Assembly: GCA_965242695.1 (NCBI GenBank)
Contig: CBDESU010000002.1
Span: forward strand, 1,568,001 to 1,632,000
Reading direction: 5' to 3'
DNA length: 64,000 nt
From: Cenarchaeum sp.
GTDB taxonomy: Archaea; Thermoproteota; Nitrososphaeria; Nitrososphaerales; Nitrosopumilaceae
A program made the position numbers and the translations under genes. Below are positions 40,313 to 48,716 of the stretch, piece by piece. Within the stretch, counting starts at the first letter, position 1. Every line of letters begins with the position of its first letter. A model generated the notes under the pieces. The model was not told the origin of the DNA, did not search any database, and saw only the letters and a list, made by a program, of their open reading frames with translations.

Positions 40313-41277
40313 ACGTGCCCCATTCCCTGGTTGCAAAAGCAGTGGGGGCCGACCCTGCAGCGCGCCTTTTCCGCGGGGAACCGGGCCTGGACGGCCCTGG
40401 CCGTGCCCTCTTCGATCCCCTCGGACGCGGGGCCGTAGCGCGAGCGGCCGACCCACGAGCACACGGACAGGAGGCCGCCCGTGGCGATCGCATCCGTGGG
40501 GCCCAGTGTGCACCCCGACGCCGGAAGCGCCTCCCCCGCGGCCAGCGCGGCGGCGTCCCTCCAAAAGCCCGGCGGGTTGGTCGGCGGGCCCGGCGGGTCG
40601 GGTCCCCGCCTCTCTAGCCGCTCCGCGACCTCGAGCAGGTGCGGCGCATCGGCGCGCGACAGGAGCAGGCCCGGCGCGTTGGCCGACGCGTAGCCGTCGT
40701 CGAAGACGGGCTGGAACTTTACAAAGTCGACGCCGGCGCGCCCGCCGAAGGCGAGCAGGCCCGACACGCTCTGCCACCTGGCGGTTGCGGCGGTCACGGT
40801 TGCGTTGATCCCGATCTCTGCCGTACCCGAGGATGCCGCCTCCTCTATCCCGCGCAGAATGGCGGCGTGGACGGCCGGCGGCGTTCCCCTGGCCGCCTGC
40901 ATCTCGCGCGGATCGGCAGAGTCCACGGAGAACGTGACGCCTGTTGCCCCCTCCCTGACCAGGCCCCCCACCAGGTCGCTTCTCGGCCCGCGCGCCAGCG
41001 CGTACCCGTTGGTTATGACGACGACCTCGTCGACGAGGCGCGCGTAGTGCGATATGATCTCGCCGAGGCGCGGGTGCAGCGTCGGCTCGCCCCCCGACAG
41101 CACGACGCGGCGGGTGGCGAGCAGGCGCAGCGTGGGGCCTGGGATTATCGATGCGGAGGCGTCGGGCATGCCGCGCCCGCGCCGGTCGCCCCACCTGCAG
41201 TACCTGCACTCGGCGTTGCAGGCGTACGTGACGTCGACTACGACCGTCCCCCTCCCCTCCGTGCAGCCGGCGCCCAT
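40303..41277 (-). CDS. Radical SAM protein with Cys-containing C-terminal extension
   Basis: CNAECRYC (CxxxCxxC), LSGGEPTLH, ITNG, FSVDS; C-terminal C...CSW...C...CFC, a possible auxiliary Fe-S site. Confidence 0.85.
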   Translation of the reverse strand: MGAGCTEGRGTVVVDVTYACNAECRYCRWGDRRGRGMPDASASIIPGPTLRLLATRRVVLSGGEPTLHPRLGEIISHYARLVDEVVVITNGYALARGPRSDLVGGLVREGATGVTFSVDSADPREMQAARGTPPAVHAAILRGIEEAASSGTAEIGINATVTAATARWQSVSGLLAFGGRAGVDFVKFQPVFDDGYASANAPGLLLSRADAPHLLEVAERLERRGPDPPGPPTNPPGFWRDAAALAAGEALPASGCTLGPTDAIATGGLLSVCSWVGRSRYGPASEGIEEGTARAVQARFPAEKARCRVGPHCFCNQGMGHVWA

Positions 41278-41388
41278 CGCAGCGCCGGTGCGTGGGATCC
41301 TTAAACGCCTTCCGCCCTGCGGGGGCGGGCTCGGACTCGGAGGGGCGGCGCCGCGGATGGTCCGCATGGCGGGGGCCGCGCGCCGCGC

Positions 41389-42342
41389 TCAGGCGTACCG
41401 CGCCAGGTTTTCCCTGAACCACACAAACGTCCTGCGCATCCCCTTCTCGAGGGTAAAGCGCGGCGACCACAGCGGCGCCTCGCCGTCGATCTCGAACGAG
41501 ATCGGGCGGCCGTCGACGACCTCGCCCGGCTCGTACTCGCCCGGCACGATCTCCGTGCCGCTGCCGCCGATCTCGCGCACCAGCCGGGCAAGCTCCATGT
41601 TGTCGACTATCCGCCCGTCGGCGTTTCCGGCGCAGTGCAGGGTCTGCCCGTCGTACTCGGCCGCCTCTGCGACGAGCCTGCCGTAGAACTCTACGACATC
41701 CTCGCCGTACGTCCACAGCCTCTTGGCGCCGGGCGACCTGATGGCCGCCGAGCGGCCGCGCAGGGCGTCGAGGATCAGGCGGGCGGGAAACTCGTCGCTG
41801 CGCATGCGCGCGCCGTACCCGCTGCCGACCCTAGTCACGACGCACCGCACCCCGTGCGACCTGTGGTAGCTCGCGTAGAGGAGCTCGACGGCGGCCTTTG
41901 TCCAGCCGTACAGCGACGAGGGCAGCGGCTGCATGCCGGCCGTGTACCTAGAGCCGGGCGGGTGGCCGTACAGGGTGTTGAACGAGCTCGGGTACACGAG
42001 GATGGGCGCCGAGGAGGGGCCCATGCGGGCGGCGATCTCGAGGAGGCGCAGCGGCGGCAGCACGTTGGCCGCGGCCGTGTACGCCGGGCTAGAGTTCCCG
42101 AACGGCCTGTCGGCCACGCCGAGGCCGCAGTCGATCGCGACGTCTACTCCGGCCAGGTCGTCGCGCACCATGTCGTTGGTCGCCTTCCACATGTACTCGA
42201 TGCGGTCCCTCGATCCGGCGAGCCTCCACGCCTCGTCCAGGCGGCACACGTCGACGCCGCGCACAGAGTACCCGTCCCCGGCGAACCGGTCGCACAGTGC
42301 CGAGCCGATGACGCCGGCGGCCCCGGTCACGAGTATCCTCAC
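41389..42342 (-). CDS. NAD-dependent epimerase/dehydratase (extended SDR)
   Basis: ILVTGAAGVIG and YGWTK (YxxxK). Confidence 0.88.
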   Translation of the reverse strand: MRILVTGAAGVIGSALCDRFAGDGYSVRGVDVCRLDEAWRLAGSRDRIEYMWKATNDMVRDDLAGVDVAIDCGLGVADRPFGNSSPAYTAAANVLPPLRLLEIAARMGPSSAPILVYPSSFNTLYGHPPGSRYTAGMQPLPSSLYGWTKAAVELLYASYHRSHGVRCVVTRVGSGYGARMRSDEFPARLILDALRGRSAAIRSPGAKRLWTYGEDVVEFYGRLVAEAAEYDGQTLHCAGNADGRIVDNMELARLVREIGGSGTEIVPGEYEPGEVVDGRPISFEIDGEAPLWSPRFTLEKGMRRTFVWFRENLARYA

Positions 42343-42427
42343 GGTGGGGCCGCGCAGGGGCGCCCCCTTTACGCCTTTCGGCCGCGCGCCGCGCGTGCTT
42401 ATATGGCGGAACGGATCCGTACGCCGC

Positions 42428-43339
42428 GTGCGCCGGGTGATCCTGAACATGCACATGCCAAAGACGGGCGGGACGACGCTGAACATGGCGCTCTGGCGCA
42501 GCTTTGGGCGGGGCCACCGCAATATGAGCTACCTGGTTCGGACGGGAACGGGGGGCCGCACGGATCACCTCACGTGGCACAGGGTCGCCTGCATGCGCGA
42601 CCTCTTGGGGACCGAGGCCGTGTGGAGCCTGTCGACGCGCGACGTGATCGACATGCTCGACGCCGATGCGGGGATCGTCTCGCTGTCGCGGCACGGCATG
42701 TACGTGGATCCCGCCTGCGTCGGGAGGGCGGCGGGATGCCCGGACGGCTGCGGCGGATACGACCTGCGGCCGATCTTCTTCGTGAGGAGGTTTGCCCCTT
42801 GGCACATGTCCCTGTACGAGCAGCAGAGGGGGGACCCGGGCAGTCTCGTCCGGCTCAGCCGCGACCCACGGGCCATACTGGCAAAGACGGGGAGTCCGCG
42901 CGAGTACGCGAGGTTTTGCGTCGACAATGCGGACATGCTGGGCAACCACAAGATCATGCACAACTGGACGGGGGCGCAGACCGAGGCGGTCCTCGGCAGC
43001 TTGGGACTCTACCAGGTGGGGTTGACCGAGCGCTACGATGAGAGCCTCGTCGTCATCGAGGATGCGCTGTCGGATGACTTTCCCGGGATAGACCTGTCGT
43101 ACCCGCGGCCCCTGAACGCGGGTGGGGGCGGGCCGCGGGGCAGGGAGGAGCTGGCGCGGCAGATCGGGGACGGCCTGTTGCGCGAGCTGGAGGCGGCGTA
43201 CGCCGAGGATGCGGTCTACGGCCGCATCGAGGCCGAGCTGGACTCTAGGATGTCGCACGTGCGGGACTTTGGGGGGCGGCTAGACGCCTTTAGGGAGCGG
43301 TGCGCGGCGAGGCGGGCGCGCGGGGACAAGGCGGCGTAG
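42428..43339 (+). CDS. Sulfotransferase-like protein
   Basis: HMPKTGGTT PAPS-binding loop, FFVR...SLY, GLTERYDESL; CTTATAT at 42398. Confidence 0.75.
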   Translation: MRRVILNMHMPKTGGTTLNMALWRSFGRGHRNMSYLVRTGTGGRTDHLTWHRVACMRDLLGTEAVWSLSTRDVIDMLDADAGIVSLSRHGMYVDPACVGRAAGCPDGCGGYDLRPIFFVRRFAPWHMSLYEQQRGDPGSLVRLSRDPRAILAKTGSPREYARFCVDNADMLGNHKIMHNWTGAQTEAVLGSLGLYQVGLTERYDESLVVIEDALSDDFPGIDLSYPRPLNAGGGGPRGREELARQIGDGLLRELEAAYAEDAVYGRIEAELDSRMSHVRDFGGRLDAFRERCAARRARGDKAA

Positions 43340-43526
43340 GGCATGCGCCCGAACCCGCGCGGGACGGCGCGGAATGTGGGCGCCGGGCGCACCCCGTGCC
43401 GTAGGCGTCGATGCGGGAAGGCATGACCACTGGGCCTGCATTTGGGCCGTAGCCGGCTTCGCGACAAGGGCCGCTTTTGAGAAAAATGGGCCGCGATGAG
43501 CGCCCATTGGACGGCACACCTCGCAC

Positions 43527-43562
43527 TTTATAAGGAATGCTTGGCGGCCTAATTCTTATATA
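43527..43562. promoter_or_regulatory. Paired TATA elements (copy 3)
   Basis: TTATAAGG at 43528 and TTATATA at 43556; same 28/29-nt spacing as copies 1 and 2 despite divergent spacers. Confidence 0.65.
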
Positions 43563-43584
43563 CCGCCGTGCCGCCCTAGGGCCA

Positions 43585-43655
43585 ACCTCGTATGCGAACC
43601 CCTAGGGCGGATGCATTGCATCCGCGACAACCTAGGGCAGATGTGGATACGAGGC
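43585..43655 (+). ncRNA. Putative structured ncRNA, copy 3
   Basis: CCTCGTAT/ATACGAGG, CCCTAGG/CCTAGGG, GCGGATGC/GCATCCGC (compensatory change versus copy 1). Confidence 0.72.
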
Positions 43656-43657
43656 CT

Positions 43658-44233
43658 TCATTTAAACAGCTTGAACATGCGCTCTTCCAAGGGCTTGGAT
43701 ATGTCGAGTCGAACGGCGCCCTTGGGCTCTATCCCACGTCTGTTCGCCCATGCTAGAACGTCGGCTAGACCATGTGCTGAACCCGGGCTCGCACGGTGCC
43801 ACCCTTGATCATGGACAAAGAACTTGCAGTCGTCGTCGCATTGAAATGCGAGCCGGTGCACCTCGAAGTCGTGCTGCCGCAAGAACTGCTCCACGCGATC
43901 GCGTATCAGATTCCACATGAGGGCGTGGTACGTACGGTACATCTTTTTGTTGGTGACTGGATTGCTCTCTCGCTTTAGTCGATCCCGGAGACTTGAGAAT
44001 GTGCGATTCTTTTCCAGGCGTATACAAAGCCCCATACGGTTTATCCCATCGAAGTTGACTTTGTTGATTATGCCATACTTCGCACTGCGGCCGACGATCC
44101 TGTTCATATGAACCGGCTCGGGACCCAAGCGCCTGGTCAGGGCCTTGATGCTCTCGTTCGTACCAATGACGATTCCCATAAATCTGTGGTTGCCCGACTT
44201 GGGGTCGCCTGAGACATCCATTCCTGCAAGCAT
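43658..44233 (-). CDS. DUF3800-like protein, copy 3 (most divergent)
   Basis: 191 aa; GMDVSG, QCDDD, LADVLAWAN. Confidence 0.7.
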   Translation of the reverse strand: MLAGMDVSGDPKSGNHRFMGIVIGTNESIKALTRRLGPEPVHMNRIVGRSAKYGIINKVNFDGINRMGLCIRLEKNRTFSSLRDRLKRESNPVTNKKMYRTYHALMWNLIRDRVEQFLRQHDFEVHRLAFQCDDDCKFFVHDQGWHRASPGSAHGLADVLAWANRRGIEPKGAVRLDISKPLEERMFKLFK

Positions 44234-45576
44234 CCGATTTACTCCGCCGCCGCAAATTTAGACGCCCATATATGAATATAATCCGTAGCGGCAAGTCGCA
44301 AGCAGACGCGCTGTATGGAGCCACGCAATGCCAGCAAACCGCGAGGCGGCGCCTGGCGACGCCGCCTTGGCTCGTAACGCAGGGCGGCTCAATGCTGTGC
44401 TCCTGTCGGGCCCCGCCGCCGCAGACCAATTTTGCAGGAACTTGTAGATGGGCGTGATCCACTTGCTTGCCAAAAAGGGTGGCTGGAAAGGGGTGCCGCC
44501 ACGCTCCATGAACTACGGTCGGGGGGACGTGTCGGGGGGGGGGGGGGGGGGGGGGGGGGGATCGCGCGCTCTTCGAATCCTAGAGGCGAGTGCGCCCGCA
44601 CCTTGGGCCGATGTGCTTGGATCGATGCAGTGCGACTCTGGCGATGGCCTTCCCGTCCCTTGCCAGCGGTACAACACGAGTCGTTTTTTTTTGCATGCGA
44701 CTCCGTCCACAGACATGGCGGATTTGGCGCCGCCTTTCTCGTTTGACATGGGTCGTCGTTGGGAAGACGGCGGGGGCTGCCTTGCGCATATTGCAATGCC
44801 TCCCTTGACCTTTCCGGTCTTTCCACACGGTTGAGTCGGTCCTTGGTATGATGGACTTGGACCGGCCACGAGGAGCGGGATGCCCATCCGCGGCGTCTGC
44901 GCACGATGCAGGCAGCCTAGCTGTACCACCGGCCGCTGCGTCGATGCGTGCCGTCGGGCCGCGGGCAAGCGCCTCGCGCTGCCTAGGCGCAAAGGCGCTC
45001 TGCATCCCTGTCACGGGCGGGGGACTCGAATAAAGCGGCATGGGGCGCATCGCATGTGGGGAGGGGGAGTGGAGAATGCGAAATGCCGCCAGCGCGGCCG
45101 TCACGCCTGGCGACCTGGCGGTGGCGGCTGAGGACCTACCGGCATCGCACTGCATGATGGCGCTAGGCGGGATGCGACATGCGACGCCTCTGCCGTATCC
45201 TTGGGACGAGCCCCGCGCGCTGGGTATCCTTATATGAGCCCCGCCGGGCGGTGTGCTGAAGGCACCGCTCTCCCAGGGGATGCCTTCATTAGAGGCAGGT
45301 TGAGGCATTTTTTTGCCCTAACGTGTGGTTTGAGACGGGGCGCGCCCTTGACACGGGGCGCGCCCTGCATAACCCCGCTAGCCTGGGGCGGCATGGAGAA
45401 AGGCCCTGCAACCGGCGCGCGCAGAATCCCGCTGCGGCTTGGTGGGGGTGCCGGCAGGCCGCGGCAGGCCGCCCGCCAGCCCACCCTTCCAGTCCACATC
45501 CCTCCGCCCGACGCCCCGCTGATGCCGGCCGCGCGGCAGGGGAGACCGTTATACCTGCACCTTTCGGGGATGCCGC

Positions 45577-45873
45577 ATGGATGTCCCCGCCGGCGATATC
45601 AGCGTGGCGGCCGCCTGCGGAGCGGCCATGCACCTACTCGAGGCGGGCAAGATATGGCACGCCGAGATATCGGTGCGCACCGGCCTGGGCGCCTCTGCCG
45701 TCGGGATCGTGGCCGACGCCGTGTCGCGGCGCGGCGCGAGGCGGAGGGGGAGGAGGCCGCCGCGACCGGGGCCGCCGCATGGGGCATCGGCTCGCCAGCC
45801 GCCGGATGTGCGCGCAACCGCGCGCAAAAAGCTTATCTATCTTTTCCGGGCGCGCCGCCGTCAATGGAAATGA
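45577..45873 (+). CDS. Small HTH-like protein similar to the N-terminus of 14720-15283
   Basis: TTATAC at 45549; AAACGAAMHLLEAG...EISVRTGLGASAVGIV aligns with PVACNKSMRLIAGG...AISARTGLSVKAVDLI. Confidence 0.45.
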   Translation: MDVPAGDISVAAACGAAMHLLEAGKIWHAEISVRTGLGASAVGIVADAVSRRGARRRGRRPPRPGPPHGASARQPPDVRATARKKLIYLFRARRRQWK

Positions 45874-46652
45874 TGGAGCGGCGCGTCACCGTCGACGGCA
45901 ACTCCGTCCGCTACCTGGAATCTCCCGGCCGCGGCGAGGCGCTCCTGCTGGTGCACGGCTTGGGCGCATCGGCCGAGAGGTGGAGCCGCGTCGCGCCCCT
46001 GCTCGGGCGGCGGTACCGCCTGATCGTGCCGGACCTTGTCGGGTACGGGCGCAGCGACAAGCCGGCCGTCGACTACACGCCGGACTTTTTCGTCTCGCTC
46101 GTCGGGTCGCTCCTCGGCCTGCTCGGCGTCGAGCGAGCGCACCTGATCGGCTCGTCGATGGGCGGGCAGGTCGCCGCGCTGTTCGCCGCCGAGAATGCGG
46201 GGCGGGTCGGCCGCCTCGTGCTCGTCTCCCCCTCGGGGCTGATGAGGGATACGACGCCGGCGCTCAACAGGTACATCATGGCCGCCCTCTATCCGCGCAG
46301 GGACAGGGCGCGCGAGTCGTTCGCCGAGATGTCGGCGTCGACCGAGGCGAGCCCGGATATAGTCGACTCGTTCGTCGAGCGCATGGGCGAGCCGAACGCA
46401 AAGATGGCGTTCATGTCGTCGCTGCTAGGGCTGAAGCACTCGGACATTGGCGGCCGACTCAGCGGAATCGCGGCGCCGACGCTCCTCGTGTGGGGCTCGA
46501 ACGATCCAGTCATACCGATCGGGTACGCGCGGCAGTTCTTCTCGGCCATACCGCGCTGCAGGTTCTACCGCATGGAGCGCTCGGGCCATACCCCGTTCGT
46601 CGACAGCCCCGAAAAGTTCGCCCGGGCCGTGCTCGACTTTCTGCCGCCCTAG
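45864..46652 (+). CDS. Alpha/beta hydrolase
   Basis: LLVHGLG, PDLVGYGRS, GSSMGG nucleophile, WGSNDPVIP, SGHTPF. Confidence 0.9.
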   Translation: MEMMERRVTVDGNSVRYLESPGRGEALLLVHGLGASAERWSRVAPLLGRRYRLIVPDLVGYGRSDKPAVDYTPDFFVSLVGSLLGLLGVERAHLIGSSMGGQVAALFAAENAGRVGRLVLVSPSGLMRDTTPALNRYIMAALYPRRDRARESFAEMSASTEASPDIVDSFVERMGEPNAKMAFMSSLLGLKHSDIGGRLSGIAAPTLLVWGSNDPVIPIGYARQFFSAIPRCRFYRMERSGHTPFVDSPEKFARAVLDFLPP

Positions 46653-47044
46653 GCGCCCTGCCCCCGCCCCCGGCGGGCCAGAGGCGGCGGCTCGCAGCCA
46701 CCTGCCTGTGGGCCCTGCCCCGGGGCGCCCGCCCGGCGCCGCCCCGGCCCCTCTGCCTAGGGCGCCTTCATGCCCGCCGTGGCCGTGCGCGAGTCCGCGC
46801 GGCCACCCCGGGCTCCCTTCTCGGCGCCTGGGATGCACCTGTCCGCATGCCGCTCCGATTCGGCCGCGTGGGGGGGGAAGGGCCACGCTGCGCCCTGGCT
46901 GCGATGCTGCGCAGCATGGGCAGGCTCTTGGCGGTGCCGCCTCGGCCCCATCCCATGCCAGCACTCCTCCCCTGCGCCCCTCTGCTAGCCACCCGGATGA
47001 CCTGCCCGCTGGGTATATATGGCGCTCATAACCGCCCGCCGGCA

Positions 47045-47494
47045 ATGAGTGGTAATCAGTACCCTCCAGATCCAGCGAGGATGCTGGCCGAGTGGATGGC
47101 GCGGGCCAGCCAGGCGCAGGGCGAGTTTGCAAAGAACATCGGCGGCGCGATGGGCGGCAGTCAGGCGGATGCGGCCGACGGCGCGCAGGCGCCGGCCGGC
47201 CCGCTGGCCGAGGCGGCCGGCAAGGCGGCCGAGATGCAGGCGGGCCTGCTTCGCATGCTCGGGGCGATGCAGGCGCGCGGCATGGACAAGATGGCCGACA
47301 TTGGGCAGCTGGCCGCCCTGATGATGCCCAACGTGTGCAACTGGGGCGCCTACAAGACGGCCGTGGGCAACAACGGGAGGATATCGATACCAGAGGCCGA
47401 GCGCAGGGCGCTCGGCCTGTCGGACGGCGACCTGGTGCAGGTTATCGTCGTGCCGATATCACGCTCGCAGCGCGAACAGGGGGTGAAACAATGA
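47045..47494 (+). CDS. AbrB/SpoVT-domain protein (PhaR-like)
   Basis: C-terminal VGNNGRISIPEAERRALGLSDGDLVQV after an amphipathic helical N-terminus; TATATA at 47014. Confidence 0.75.
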   Translation: MSGNQYPPDPARMLAEWMARASQAQGEFAKNIGGAMGGSQADAADGAQAPAGPLAEAAGKAAEMQAGLLRMLGAMQARGMDKMADIGQLAALMMPNVCNWGAYKTAVGNNGRISIPEAERRALGLSDGDLVQVIVVPISRSQREQGVKQ

Positions 47495-47928
47495 GCGCAA
47501 CAGAAGCTACAGGCAAGACAGGAACCGGTTCAAAGGACGCGTACGCGGCCGTCGAGCAGGGCGCCGACAAGATACTCGACACCGTCAGGCAGTCGGTGCC
47601 GCGGTACCACCAGTCGGTCACGAACGTCCAGCAGGAGTACGTCGAGGCGTGCGAGAACATGCTCCACTCCTCGATCATGATGCAGCGCGAGTACGCCCAG
47701 AAGGCGGGCATCGCCGCTAGCGTGCCGGACGCGACGCTGAGGATGTTCAACGAGATCGCGGAGGAGGCGGCAAAGGCCATCTCGGTGCAGAACCAGATGA
47801 CGCTGGCCACCATCGACGCGGCGCAGCAGAACATCAAGACGTTCAACAGCAACGCCAAGGCGTTTGCCGACCTGAACCGGAACATCCTGCAGTCCTGGAT
47901 ATCAGCCTTTACGGCGGCCCGGAGCTAG
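47491..47928 (+). CDS. Phasin-like amphipathic helical protein
   Basis: Gln/Ala/Asn-rich all-helical 145 aa, coupled (ATGA) to the AbrB gene and followed by T-rich terminators. Confidence 0.55.
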   Translation: MSATEATGKTGTGSKDAYAAVEQGADKILDTVRQSVPRYHQSVTNVQQEYVEACENMLHSSIMMQREYAQKAGIAASVPDATLRMFNEIAEEAAKAISVQNQMTLATIDAAQQNIKTFNSNAKAFADLNRNILQSWISAFTAARS

Positions 47929-48716
47929 GCTGAGGCGGCGGGGCTTTTTGCCCGCCCGAGCCTAATCCAAGACCCGCTTTTTTGCTCTCTCTCTGGCCCG
48001 CGGCGGCCGCGCGGCGCCGCGGCTAGGGCCCGGGCCGGCGGACCACGCAGCCTTCCGTTCCGCGAGCAGCTGACCGCGGAGGAAAAGGCGGCCGTGGCTG
48101 CGGCGTTCCGATGCGGATATCCGTCCCGCAGCGGCCCTGGCTGATCTGGCCTCGGCGAGCCTGCCGCCCGGCTCTACAGATGTCCTGCATCCCGTCCGTG
48201 CGCCTTGGGCGCATCTGCCCCGCGCCGCAACACGCGGCCCTTGGAGATGCGGCACTCTGGCTTTCGGCTCGCCCGTGGCGAAGACGGGGGCAGCATGCCG
48301 GCGCAACCAGGCCTGCCGGCACAGGTGGCGCCTCCAGACATCCGATGACTCGCGGCGGCCCTGCACGCGCGCATGCCCACGGCGGGGGGGGGGGGGGGGG
48401 GGGGTGGGGGTGGGTGCAAGGCCGGCCGGGACCGCACACATGATCGTGGCGCCTTGTCCGGCCCGCCAGAGCGCGCGCCGGTGGGAGCGACTCCTGTGGA
48501 ACCTTCCGTGCTTGGAAGCGCCAGGGGAAGGGGCCAGCTCCGGGTGATCCGCCGCCGGATCTGCGACCGCATCGCACCGGAAGGCCCCGCGCCGCGGCGG
48601 GCGCCATGCGGGGGCCCGCCGGCGCATGCCTCCCCGCCCCCGCCACCTGCGCTCCCGGGGCGCCTGCGCGCCGGCCCTGCCATGATTAAAAAGGCCCCGC
48701 GAGGGCGCCGCGCCGA

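Noticed and set aside
44300-45500. Short ORFs in the long intergenic stretch (likewise 47960-48700)
   Set aside because: No recognisable motifs or coding-like composition; probably decayed or non-coding DNA.
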